Shown in pieces: positions 18,770 through 27,649 of a DNA stretch of 64,000 nucleotides (positions are counted from its first letter, which is position 1; every line of letters begins with the position of its first letter). Both the position numbers and the translations under genes were made by a program. Under the pieces are notes generated by a model. The model was not told the origin of the DNA and ran no database searches. It saw nothing but the letters and a program-made list of their open reading frames with translations. The stretch comes from Planctomycetota bacterium (lineage in GTDB: Bacteria > Planctomycetota > UBA8742 > UBA2392): NCBI GenBank assembly GCA_020848275.1, contig JADLAK010000056.1:1-64000 (forward strand), read 5' to 3'.

Positions 18770-19789
18770 TTATTCGTTCACGGGCTGGGTGGTGGCGCTG
18801 TCACCTTCAACGTTGCCGGCCGCACTGTTGATGCTGTGGCCCGAGGCCTTGCGCAACATGTCCTGTCCCGGCCAGAGCTGATGCTTGGCGTTTTTCTGGC
18901 CGACCGAGAAGCCAATTGGCCGGTCCTTGGCATTGGGCTGGGTCAAGTCGACGCGATAAGGCTCGCCCTGCAGGTTGTCGTGCTTGGGTTTGGTGTAGAC
19001 CGAGTAGGCCGTGCCGCCCCAGAACTGGCTCAACACATCGTCGCTCTTGAACAAACCCATCAGCGGGAAAGTGACGAACAGGAACATCACCAGAATGAAC
19101 GTGACGCCGTTTAGCACCTTCCAGGCCATGCCCTCATTGGGCACGATCTCGACGTATTTAATTTGCTCCTGGATCTGGACCGGGGCAGGAGCGCCCATGG
19201 GCGCCATGGCGCGCGCGGGAGCCTCATCCTCGACGATTTCTTCGACGGGCTCGGTCTGCAGGCCGACGTCATCGTCCTCATTAAGGTCGAGGCCGCCGTC
19301 AATTTTCTGCGTCGCATCGGCGTCAACCGCCGGCGCCTTCTCTTTGTCTTCGAAGTCCAGCCCGCCGAGTTCGTCGGTCTCATCGAACACGAGCTCTTCG
19401 GTCAGCGTCGCTTCCTGGTCCTCGCCGCCCACACCCTCGAGTTCGACCGTCGGCACGCTGGTGGCGCCGGTATCCTCGAAGTCCTTGTCGCCGGAGAGAT
19501 TCTGCAGGTCGAGAAGCGTCTCGTCGGTTTCTTCCTCGACGACTTCAAGGCCCGAGCCGCCGACCTGGGTTTCGCCCAGCTCGATCTCGTCCTTGCTGAC
19601 TTCCTTGGTGCGCGATGAACGCAGGTTCACGACGTCTTCCGTACGGAACTTCATACGGTCCTCGTCGCGGAACGCGCGAATCTGGCCTTCGGAGACGAGC
19701 CTCTTCAGCTCATCTTCGTCCATGTCCAGTTCTTTGAGGACTTCATCGAAAGAACGGTACTTGCTCATTTTGCTTGCTCCGGACTTCAT
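18770..19789 (-). CDS. Membrane protein with an N-terminal excisionase-type HTH (HTH_17-like) motif, a long acidic low-complexity linker, one TM helix and a C-terminal extracytoplasmic domain
   Basis: N-terminus SKYRSFDEVLKELDMDEDELKRLVSEGQIRAFRDEDRMKFRTEDVVNL; acidic D/E-rich middle; TM helix VLNGVTFILVMFLFVTFPLMGLF. Confidence 0.55.
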   Translation of the reverse strand: MKSGASKMSKYRSFDEVLKELDMDEDELKRLVSEGQIRAFRDEDRMKFRTEDVVNLRSSRTKEVSKDEIELGETQVGGSGLEVVEEETDETLLDLQNLSGDKDFEDTGATSVPTVELEGVGGEDQEATLTEELVFDETDELGGLDFEDKEKAPAVDADATQKIDGGLDLNEDDDVGLQTEPVEEIVEDEAPARAMAPMGAPAPVQIQEQIKYVEIVPNEGMAWKVLNGVTFILVMFLFVTFPLMGLFKSDDVLSQFWGGTAYSVYTKPKHDNLQGEPYRVDLTQPNAKDRPIGFSVGQKNAKHQLWPGQDMLRKASGHSINSAAGNVEGDSATTQPVNE

Positions 19790-19949
19790 CCGGTTTGGGG
19801 GTAATGCGCCACGCCAAACACTTTCAAATTATTTTTGGCGTGAGCCGTCAGTATTGCGATTTTGTCGGCCGGACGCAAGCCTAGAAACAGAGCGTGATTG
19901 GACTGTCATAGCCCAATCACGCCCCAAACATCAGCATTCCAAGCCGGTC

Positions 19950-20468
19950 CTACTTGTCCGTGGACTTGTCGTCCTTCTTGGGCGGCACCACGACGCGGTC
20001 CTCCAGCTTCCCGACATAGTCCCACACGTCGTAGGCCTTCCATTTGTCGTGGTTGTCGACTTTCGTCAGGCTCGGGACCATCAGGTCATACTCGATGGTG
20101 CGCGCGCCGACAAACTCGATGCCCATCTCGCTGTTCTCGGGCTTCAGGCGATAGATGGCCATGTTCTTGACGCGGTTGCGGTCCGCCACCTTGGTCTTGG
20201 GATTGCTCTTCTTTTGGCTCATGCCCACGAAGTCGCGATCAGATTCCGCCACCACGACGATGTACTGCTTGTTCACGTCGCCGGCCGTAATGGGCGTGAC
20301 CGTCCAAGACGGGCCTTTATCTGTGCCCGAGTTAATGGCTTGGGCGCTCACGACCTGCGCGTTGTTAACGAAGGTGTTGTAGGCGACCAACCCGATCACG
20401 ATTGCCAGCATCACCAGCAGGCACGCGCCTGCCGCCAGGCCGGCGATGTGCAGCGTCTTGCGATCCAT
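19950..20468 (-). CDS. Small signal-anchored membrane protein, paralogue A (conserved GTDKGPxWTVTP...KQY and MAIYxLK motifs, Lys-rich C-terminal tail)
   Basis: Start moved to MDRKTLHIAGLAAGACLLVMLAIVIGLVAY (ATG at 20468). Paralogous to 20738..21265. Confidence 0.6.
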   Translation of the reverse strand: MDRKTLHIAGLAAGACLLVMLAIVIGLVAYNTFVNNAQVVSAQAINSGTDKGPSWTVTPITAGDVNKQYIVVVAESDRDFVGMSQKKSNPKTKVADRNRVKNMAIYRLKPENSEMGIEFVGARTIEYDLMVPSLTKVDNHDKWKAYDVWDYVGKLEDRVVVPPKKDDKSTDK

Positions 20469-20737
20469 AACAAACTCCTCACATGGGACGCGGTGCGCGT
20501 CCCAAACACAGGGGCCGTCTTCTACGCAGGGGATAATGTAGTCTACCCTACACCCGCGCAAGCGCAATTTAGAACGGCCTGCCGCCGCTTCCGTTACACC
20601 CCGGCCAACACAACTGCCGGAAATCTGGCAGTCGAGCCAGTCCAGTGGACCGGCGAGAGAGCGAAGTGCGAGCGCCTGCGAAGCGGCCCGTCTGCGACCT
20701 CAGTTTCCCGGCACTCCGCTCGCCTCGCCACCGCGCC

Positions 20738-21265
20738 CTACTTGCCGTCCTTCTTGTCCTTTTCCTTCTTCTCTTTCTCCGCGCGTTCCTTTTCCTTCTC
20801 GGCGAGGTCCTTCTCCAGCCTCGAGAACTGCTTCTCGACTTCATAGGGCGTCGGAGCCTTGCCGTTTCCGCCCAGGCTGGTCGGCAGTTTCAGGTCGTAG
20901 TCAATCTGCCGGTTGCCGGTCAGTTCGACATCTATGCCCGTTGCGTTGGCCTTCAACTGGTAGATCGCCATGTAGGTCGGGTTGGCCGCAAGGTCCGATC
21001 GGCCGCTGTTGATGCCAACGACGTCCTTGTCGCCTTCCTTGATCACACACAGGTACTGCTTGGTTGCGTCGCCCCACATCACCGGCGTGACCGTCCACTT
21101 CGGGCCCTTGTCCGTGCCGCCCGTCGGCGCCTGCCCGGCCTGCACCGGGGCGAAGTCCGCCTTTACTGTCTGCTGACCGAACACCACGTGATAAGCCAGG
21201 ATGCTGAGAAGCGCCGTGGCCATCATCAAAGGGCCATTACCGGCAATCATGGTCTTGCGTTCCAT
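20738..21265 (-). CDS. Small signal-anchored membrane protein, paralogue B, with a KEKE-rich C-terminal tail
   Basis: Start at MERKTMIAGNGPLMMATALLSILAYHVV. Shares the GTDKGPKWTVTPV...KQYLCV...MAIYQLKAN motifs with the upstream paralogue. Confidence 0.6.
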   Translation of the reverse strand: MERKTMIAGNGPLMMATALLSILAYHVVFGQQTVKADFAPVQAGQAPTGGTDKGPKWTVTPVMWGDATKQYLCVIKEGDKDVVGINSGRSDLAANPTYMAIYQLKANATGIDVELTGNRQIDYDLKLPTSLGGNGKAPTPYEVEKQFSRLEKDLAEKEKERAEKEKKEKDKKDGK

Positions 21266-21445
21266 ACCAATCTCCTTGCAGCGATCTACACAAAGGGGAA
21301 GGGGTATGAGGGACACACAAAGAATATCCCATCGCCCCACAGATGGCTCTGGAATGCGGGTTGGCGAACAATTGATGCCGGACGTCTGGCAGAAGAGCTG
21401 CAGCGGTATCCACGCAGCCGACCAACGAAGTTACCAGTGTGCGGG

Positions 21446-22456
21446 CTATAACAACTTCGCTGCGCCTTCTTTGATGGCTTTGCGCGCGAGCTTGTTGCCG
21501 AGTGCATCGGGCGCATCGATGCCGCCCTTGCCGCTGACTTCGATCTTCAGCGACCCGTCGGGCGCATAAATCGCACCGCGCAACGTCAGCGTGTTGCTCT
21601 CCGTCGATTGCGCATAGGCGCCCAGCGGCGCGCTGCAACCCGCATTCAGCGTGCGCAGAAACGCGCGTTCGGCGCTGACCGCCGCAAATGTCCCGGCGTC
21701 GTGAAGCGGCGCAAGCAACTTCGCCACGCGCTTGTCGAAAGTCCGCGCTTCAATGGCCAGCGCGCCCTGGCCGACCATTGGCAGCCAGTGTTGCGGCGTC
21801 AAGACAAAGCAATCGAAGCGGTCCTGCACGCGGCCCTTTTTGAAGAAGCCGAGACGTTTGACGCCCGCCAGCGCCAACAATATCGCGTCGGCCTTGCCTT
21901 CGCCGAGTTTGCGCAGGCGGCTGTCGACGTTGCCGCGAAACTCGATCACTTTCAGGTCGGGACGGCGCGCCATGATCTGCGCGCGGCGGCGCAGGCTGGA
22001 ACTCCCGACCGTCGCGCCCTTGGGCAAAAGCGCAAAGGGATCGTCGATCATTTCGTTGACAGGTTGTTTCTCACGCAAGATGAGCAGGTCGGAGACGTCT
22101 TCGCGCCTTGGCGTGCAGACGATTTTCAGGCCGGGCGGGAGCGTCGTCGGCAGGTCTTTCAGCGAATGCACCGCGATGTCGCAGCGCTTGGCCAAAAGCG
22201 CGTCCTCGAGTTCCTTTGTGAACGCGCCCTTTCCGCCGATGGCTTGGAGCGATTGCTTTTGCTTGATGTCGCCGCTGGTGCGGATTTCCTCGATGATGAC
22301 GTCGAGGTCTTTGTGCACGCGCATCAGGCGCTCGGCCACCCAGCGCGATTGCGTGAGCGCCAGCGCGCTGCCGCGCGAAGCGATGATCAACGGGGATGCG
22401 TTATTTCGAGGCAACGTTTTCGCTCGTGAATGCAAGGAAGTTTCGATGTGCATCAA
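21446..22456 (-). CDS. hemC: Hydroxymethylbilane synthase (porphobilinogen deaminase)
   Basis: N-terminal IIASRGSALALTQSRWV..., dipyrromethane-cofactor region ...GCSAPLGAYA; typical length. Confidence 0.85.
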   Translation of the reverse strand: MMHIETSLHSRAKTLPRNNASPLIIASRGSALALTQSRWVAERLMRVHKDLDVIIEEIRTSGDIKQKQSLQAIGGKGAFTKELEDALLAKRCDIAVHSLKDLPTTLPPGLKIVCTPRREDVSDLLILREKQPVNEMIDDPFALLPKGATVGSSSLRRRAQIMARRPDLKVIEFRGNVDSRLRKLGEGKADAILLALAGVKRLGFFKKGRVQDRFDCFVLTPQHWLPMVGQGALAIEARTFDKRVAKLLAPLHDAGTFAAVSAERAFLRTLNAGCSAPLGAYAQSTESNTLTLRGAIYAPDGSLKIEVSGKGGIDAPDALGNKLARKAIKEGAAKLL

Positions 22457-22457
22457 C

Positions 22458-22519
22458 AGGTTCAGGTTCAGATGCCTCGCGCTGACGCATTGTTCTGAAC
22501 CTGAACCTGCACCTGAACC
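22458..22519. repeat. (AGGTTC)n hairpin element: CAGGTTCAGGTTCAG ... CTGAACCTGAACCTGcaCCTGAACC
   Basis: Inverted hexamer repeats between hemC and the upstream PLP-enzyme gene. A second copy is at 25149-25213. Confidence 0.55.
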
Positions 22520-22523
22520 TTGG

Positions 22524-23666
22524 CTAGTATGCCGCCAGGCCCTCGTTGAGGTCCGCTATTAAATCGTCTGCACTTTCGATACCCACGGACAGGCGTATCA
22601 GTCCGTCTGTTAAACCGATCTTGCGCCGGACGTCGGCGGGAATGCTCGCATGGGTCATGCTCGCCGGGTGTTCCAGCAGGCTTTCGACGCCGCCGAGGCT
22701 TTCGCCCAGCGTCCAGACCTTGCGGCCGGAAACGACCTTGACGCCGTCGGCCACGCTGCCCTTGATTTCAAAGCCGATCATCGCGCCAAAGCGCTTCATC
22801 TGGCGGCGGGCAATCGGGTGATTCACATGTTCGTGCAGCGCGGGGTAAATGACTTTCGCGACGCGTTTGTGCTCAAGCAAAAATGTCACGATCTTTTCGG
22901 CGTTGTCGCAGGCGCGTTCCATGCGCACGCCAAGCGTCTTGATCCCGCGATGGACGAGGTAGCAATCCATCGGGCCGGGCACCGCGCCGCTGGCGTTCTG
23001 GTTGAAGCTGATTTTCTCGGCGAGATTGTTATGGCGCGTCACGAGCGCGCCGGCGACGACGTCGCTGTGGCCGCCGAGATATTTCGTGCACGAGTGCAGC
23101 ACGATGTCCGCGCCGAGTTCGAGCGGCCGCTGCAGATACGGCGACGCAAACGTGTTGTCGACGACGACGATCGCACCCTTCTTGTGCGCGATCTCGCAAA
23201 GCGCCGTGATGTCGGCGATCTTCAGCAGCGGGTTGGAAGGCGTCTCGATGAAAAGCATTTTCGTCTTGGCCGTGAACGCTTTGTCGGCGTTGGCGACGAC
23301 GGTTGTATCCACAAAAGTGAAGTCGAGGCCGAAGCGGCGATAAGTCTTGTCGAACAACCGGAACGTCCCGCCGTAAACGTCGTCGGCGACCACGACGTGA
23401 TCGCCCGCGTTGAGCAGTTTCATCACGGTGTCGGTCGCGCCCAGCCCGCTTGAAAAAGCGAAGCCTTTGACGCCGCCTTCGACACTGGCCAGCACGCCTT
23501 CAAGTGCGGCGCGCGTGGGATTGCCGCTGCGGGCGTATTCGTAGCCCTGGTGTTTGCCGGGCGCGCTTTGCGCAAAGGTGCTGCTCATGAAGACAGGCGG
23601 GTTAACCGCGCCGAAATGTTTTTCGGGGTCGTATCCGGCGTGAATCGCGCGAGTATCAAAGTTCAT
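22524..23666 (-). CDS. PLP-dependent Cys/Met-metabolism enzyme (cystathionine gamma-synthase / beta-lyase / gamma-lyase family)
   Basis: AIHAGY..., SSGLGA, ...HSCTKYLGGHSDVVAG (PLP-Lys region); typical ~380 aa. Confidence 0.8.
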   Translation of the reverse strand: MNFDTRAIHAGYDPEKHFGAVNPPVFMSSTFAQSAPGKHQGYEYARSGNPTRAALEGVLASVEGGVKGFAFSSGLGATDTVMKLLNAGDHVVVADDVYGGTFRLFDKTYRRFGLDFTFVDTTVVANADKAFTAKTKMLFIETPSNPLLKIADITALCEIAHKKGAIVVVDNTFASPYLQRPLELGADIVLHSCTKYLGGHSDVVAGALVTRHNNLAEKISFNQNASGAVPGPMDCYLVHRGIKTLGVRMERACDNAEKIVTFLLEHKRVAKVIYPALHEHVNHPIARRQMKRFGAMIGFEIKGSVADGVKVVSGRKVWTLGESLGGVESLLEHPASMTHASIPADVRRKIGLTDGLIRLSVGIESADDLIADLNEGLAAY

Positions 23667-23690
23667 GGTAGCTCCATGCGTAGAATGTGT

Positions 23691-24143
23691 TTAGTCGTTT
23701 CGGACGTTGTGTCTGCCCGCGCGAATCTTGGAAGTCTCGTCAATCAATCTGCATTTCAACGTGGAGAAAGACAGCTCGTAGATCGAAGGGGTTTCGTCCA
23801 ATGCGCGCCTCTCAATTTCCGGCCACGCGGCGACAATCTTATTCGCCAACTCTTGCGGAGAAAGTCTGCTAAACCGATTCCCAAGAAAGAAGAACGTCAA
23901 CTTCGATCGACAGAGGACTTGGATCTCTTGGGGCAGGCGAAGCATTTCTATGTTTTTCGTTATGACTATTCGACGCTCATTCAGTTTGGCGATAAACGGA
24001 ATCCAGTCTTTGTCGTCCGTCCGATGACTAAGATTGGGTTCATGATCGCGCCAAGTTTCGACGGAATGACCGTTATTGGAAATTGCCGCTGCAAGCAACG
24101 CAGGGGCGTTTTTGCCCATGTCGGCATCGCAGAAAAAGATCAA
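23691..24143 (-). CDS. DUF5615-type PIN-like (Mut7-C-like) putative toxin partner of the DUF433 protein
   Basis: MIFFCDADMGKN...DKDWIPFIAKLNERRIVITKNIEM resembles the DUF5615 consensus. The start overlaps the upstream gene's stop by 4 nt. The segment is locally lower in GC. Confidence 0.55.
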   Translation of the reverse strand: MIFFCDADMGKNAPALLAAAISNNGHSVETWRDHEPNLSHRTDDKDWIPFIAKLNERRIVITKNIEMLRLPQEIQVLCRSKLTFFFLGNRFSRLSPQELANKIVAAWPEIERRALDETPSIYELSFSTLKCRLIDETSKIRAGRHNVRND

Positions 24144-24805
24144 GCCGCCGACCTCTGGGGATATTGGTTTGCGAAGTCGACGGCGTCTCGAACTTGCGCA
24201 ATACTGAGGTCGTAATCGTCGGCGACGGCCTTGGCGTTCTTGCCGCTGGCGTAATAACTATCCGCAATAATGTAAGCCGGAATTCTGGTATTGCGAATCA
24301 CCGGGGCGCCGAAGTTGCGGCGTGGGTCGAGCACTACGAATTCTGAAAGACGCCAAATTGTGGCCAACCCATTTTCGTCAGCCTCGAGGTTCTTAAGCAA
24401 AGGGTCCATAATCGGCTTGATGAAATGCTGCCTTTTGGTCTTTGCGGCCAACAATTTGGGTTCGCCAGCCTTCGTCATTGCTTCAACGAGAATCTTATAG
24501 CCGTCGGTCCTGATCTTCAGGTTGGCGAAGGGATGTGAAAGATTCCAATCCTTCAGGAGGATGTTGTAGGTGTCACGGATAACCTTCGGCGACAAGCCAA
24601 TTTCACGCAGGCGCGACCAGACTTTTGCCTCGACGATGTCCAAAAAACTTAAGGCAATTCGGCCCTTTACGACATCAAAGGAGGGCGTGAGTTTTCTCGG
24701 TTTGTCGTTGTGGTCACGGAACCACGCATACAACCGATTTGGCTGTAGCCCGGTGTAGCGGGCTGCTTCGGAAATCGAATATATGCCTTGTCCAATCATG
24801 ACCAC
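24140..24805 (-). CDS. DUF433 domain protein (C-terminal DUF433 with an N-terminal extension); putative antitoxin-like partner
   Basis: C-terminal VVLDPRRNFGAPVIRNTRIPAYIIADSYYASGKNAKAVADDYDLSIAQVRDAVDFA matches the DUF433 consensus (DP..xGG.P.I.GTRI.V..I......G.S.E.I...Y.L....I..AL.YA). Confidence 0.6.
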   Translation of the reverse strand: MVMIGQGIYSISEAARYTGLQPNRLYAWFRDHNDKPRKLTPSFDVVKGRIALSFLDIVEAKVWSRLREIGLSPKVIRDTYNILLKDWNLSHPFANLKIRTDGYKILVEAMTKAGEPKLLAAKTKRQHFIKPIMDPLLKNLEADENGLATIWRLSEFVVLDPRRNFGAPVIRNTRIPAYIIADSYYASGKNAKAVADDYDLSIAQVRDAVDFANQYPQRSAA

Positions 24806-25148
24806 ACACTCCTTCTCCTAATAGTACACGATACCGCGACATAGACCGCCGAAAAAGAGGACTCGGCGCGGGGGCAGCCGCGCCGGGTATGGTGATGAGA
24901 TTTTGCGAGGTATTGAGGTGTGTGCGCGTGCTCAGTGCGCAGGGGGCAAACGCTCCCGCGTTGGCCCAGCAGTGTTTTGGTGTTGCGGCGGACCCGCCCG
25001 TCCGCGTTGTGTGTCCCTGTTGCAAAGCCAGGTCCCAACCGAGCAGCCCTGGCTTATCGCGAGGGGGTCGAGACCGTGAAATTTGCGGAGTACTGATTCC
25101 GCTTCTGTTCCAAGCTTCGACAAACGGCGCGCGCAGCTTGATAGAAAT

Positions 25149-25213
25149 CAGGTCTAGGTCCAGGTTCAGGTTCAGAAAAGCATCTCTGGACCTGAACCTA
25201 ACGCCTGGGCGCT
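25149..25213. repeat. (AGGTTC)n hairpin element, second copy: CCAGGTTCAGGTTCAGGTTCAG ... CCTGAACCTAACGCCTGG
   Basis: Same hexamer-based inverted repeat as at 22458-22519. Confidence 0.55.
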
Positions 25214-25740
25214 TCGATGCGGCCGCTGGGGCGGCGCCACCAGCCAAAACCCGAGTACTGGCGCAACGCCCGCCAGATCAAGCTCATGTCCCGGCGCGCG
25301 GGATCAACCTGTTCCTTGGGGTTGCTGACGGCCCGCGCCGCGTGCAGTTCAAACGCCGGCTCGAAATCAAAGGTGTATTCGATAATCCAGCGACACTCGA
25401 GGTTGTCGCGCAACAGCCGCAGCGTCTTGCCGAGGTTCTCGACGATGTCGAGCCTGCGATCCGTCAGCGCAAACGAAACGAACGGCAGTTTGCCGGTGAC
25501 GGGATCGCCGTTGGAATCGGCGATCACCTTGACGCCGGGCTGGTCGTGCAGAAAGCGCGCGAGCGGGTAGGACTCAATCGAGGCGCCGAGTTCGTCCGCC
25601 TCGCGCTGGAGCATCGCGAGCTCGACAAGGTCAGCGGGGCCGAACAGCTCGCCGCACATTTCGCATTCGTCGAGCGCGCCGCCCGCGAGGCTGATGCGGT
25701 TGAGCGCGTGGTTACCACAGGACGGACATTTGTCGGCCAT
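25198..25740 (-). CDS. Hypothetical protein with an N-terminal zinc-ribbon (CPSCG...CEMCG)
   Basis: Four-cysteine CxxC...CxxC motif at the N-terminus; otherwise no recognisable domain. Confidence 0.45.
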   Translation of the reverse strand: MADKCPSCGNHALNRISLAGGALDECEMCGELFGPADLVELAMLQREADELGASIESYPLARFLHDQPGVKVIADSNGDPVTGKLPFVSFALTDRRLDIVENLGKTLRLLRDNLECRWIIEYTFDFEPAFELHAARAVSNPKEQVDPARRDMSLIWRALRQYSGFGWWRRPSGRIEAPRR

Positions 25741-25902
25741 GGGGCACTTAGTACCGCCTCAGGCTAAAAAAAGCAAACTGCGGAGACTCAGAGACGCGGA
25801 GGATCTATGCAGCCCACGTGCTCGTTTGTTTCTCCGCGTCCCCGCGCCTCCGCGGTGGAATTTACCTTTTGCTTTTGGCCGCCAGCCTCTAGCCTCGCGG
25901 CC

Positions 25903-26859
25903 ATGTCCCGCGCGTTCATCAGCTTTGACGACTTCAGCGCCAAGGGCCGCGAGCTTGCAGCGCTTCGGCCCGTCGTGACCGTCGGCAACTTCGACGGCGT
26001 GCACCTCGGTCACCAGTACCTCGTGGCGGAACTTATTGAATGGGCGCGGCGCGAACACGCTCCCAGCATCGCGGTGACTTTTTCCGTTCACCCACGCGAG
26101 CTGGTGACCGGCAATCCGATGCCCGCGTTGACCACGCCCGAGCACAAACGCCGCTTGCTGACCGAACTTGGCGTCGACGCGGTCGTTCTGGTCGATTTTG
26201 ACCGCGCGCTACAGCAGCGTTCGGCGCGCGACTTCATGGATCTCTATATCAAGGGCAGGTTAAATGCGCGGGCAATGCTGGTCGGGTTTAATAACCGTAT
26301 CGGGAAAGACGGCGAGGGCACCACGCGCGTGCTGGCCGAGATCGGCCGCGAAATCGGCGTCGATGTGCGCGAGGCCGAACGCATCGAGGTCAGCGGCCAC
26401 GCCATGAGCAGCAGCGCAATCCGCAACCACGTCGCCCACGGCGATTTCCTGTGGGCGCGCAAAATGCTCGGCCGCCCCTACAGCATCGTCGGCGTCGTCC
26501 AGCACGGGGACCAGCGCGGCGGCAAGATCGGCTTCCCGACGGCGAATATTGACCTCGCGGGCCTGGCCTTCCCGCCGCAGGGGGTTTACGGCGTGCGCCT
26601 GCGCCTGTCGGGCAAAAATTACCTCGGTGCGGCGAACATCGGCACGCGGCCGACGGTGGACCCCGCGCGCACGACGCCGCTGCTGGAGGTGCATGTGCTC
26701 GATTTTTCGGGCGACTTGTACGGCAAAGAGGTTGAAGTCGAATTCCTGTTCAAGGTAAGAGACGAACAGAAATTTTCCGGGCTGGACGCGCTGAAGGCGC
26801 AACTGGCCAAGGATGTTTCCGAAATCCGCACGCGAGCCGCACAAGAAGGGCTAACTTAG
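25903..26859 (+). CDS. ribF: Bifunctional riboflavin kinase / FMN adenylyltransferase
   Basis: VTVGNFDGVHLGHQ (adenylyltransferase motif), C-terminal riboflavin-kinase region GFPTANI...PTVD...EVH. Start set at MSRAF (ATG at 25903); the track's longer N-terminus is probably spurious. Confidence 0.85.
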   Translation: MSRAFISFDDFSAKGRELAALRPVVTVGNFDGVHLGHQYLVAELIEWARREHAPSIAVTFSVHPRELVTGNPMPALTTPEHKRRLLTELGVDAVVLVDFDRALQQRSARDFMDLYIKGRLNARAMLVGFNNRIGKDGEGTTRVLAEIGREIGVDVREAERIEVSGHAMSSSAIRNHVAHGDFLWARKMLGRPYSIVGVVQHGDQRGGKIGFPTANIDLAGLAFPPQGVYGVRLRLSGKNYLGAANIGTRPTVDPARTTPLLEVHVLDFSGDLYGKEVEVEFLFKVRDEQKFSGLDALKAQLAKDVSEIRTRAAQEGLT

Positions 26860-26881
26860 AGGGAATAGGCAACGACTTGTG

Positions 26882-26964
26882 GGCCACGAATGAACACGAA
26901 TTCTCACGAATCTTTGAATGCGCTCTTGCTGTCAATTAGTGTTTATTCGTGTGGATTCGTGGCC
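26882..26964. repeat. CACGAAT palindromic intergenic element, copy 1: GGCCACGAATgaaCACGAATtctCACGAAT ... ATTCGTGtggATTCGTGGCC
   Basis: Direct heptamer repeats in the left arm and their reverse complements in the right arm. Family members are at 40147, 41284 and 60091. Confidence 0.6.
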
Positions 26965-27006
26965 AAATAACGGCTGTCTAAAAGCCGTTGCGTTCGACAA
27001 AGCGAG

Positions 27007-27567
27007 ATGACCATGACCGACATCAAAGCCGCACGCGAAGAACTGAAAAAACTGATTGGCGCAACGATTGCCGAAGGGCCCGTGAAACTGGCCTCGGGCA
27101 AGGTCAGCAACTTCTACATTGATGGCCGCCTGACGACGCTTTCGGGCCGCGGGCTCGAGCTGATAGGCCGCCTGTTGTTTGAACGCATGAAGCCGCTGGA
27201 AATCAGCGCGGTCGGCGGGCCGACCATGGGCGCCGACCCGATTGTCGGCGGCGTGCTGGTTGAAAGCGCCAAACAGGGCAAGCCGCTCAACGGATTCTTG
27301 ATCCGCAAGGAACCCAAGGGCCACGGCATGCAGCGCTGGGTCGAGGGCCCGGATATTCCCGACGGCGCGCGCGTTGCGATTGTCGAGGACGTCGTGACCA
27401 CCGGCGGCAGCGCCATCAAGGCCATCGAGGGAATGCGCACGCAGTACAAGCCCAACATCGTGCGCGTTTACGCGATTGTCGACCGGATGGAAGGCGCCGC
27501 GGAAGCGCTCAAGGCCGCAGGTTTTGCGTTTGAGGCGCTATTCACCAAGGCGGACTTCGGAAGATAG
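27007..27567 (+). CDS. pyrE: Orotate phosphoribosyltransferase
   Basis: PRPP-binding motif VAIVEDVVTTGGS; typical 186 aa. Confidence 0.85.
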   Translation: MTMTDIKAAREELKKLIGATIAEGPVKLASGKVSNFYIDGRLTTLSGRGLELIGRLLFERMKPLEISAVGGPTMGADPIVGGVLVESAKQGKPLNGFLIRKEPKGHGMQRWVEGPDIPDGARVAIVEDVVTTGGSAIKAIEGMRTQYKPNIVRVYAIVDRMEGAAEALKAAGFAFEALFTKADFGR

Positions 27568-27649
27568 TGGCTGGGCCCAGTGAACTACCCCAATCGAACG
27601 TCAATGAGACTCGCTGGGGCCCGCGGCCCCAGCCACTTTACATCAGAGG

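Noticed and set aside
19011-20846. 611-aa plus-strand ORF
   Set aside because: It is antisense to two well-supported minus-strand genes (paralogous membrane proteins with signal anchors). Its translation is Ser/Arg-rich low-complexity, typical of high-GC antisense frames.
25807-25902. N-terminal 32-aa extension of ribF in the track ORF
   Set aside because: The extension (MQPTCSFVSPRPRAS...) is not RibF-like. The conserved adenylyltransferase motif begins right after the internal Met at 25903.
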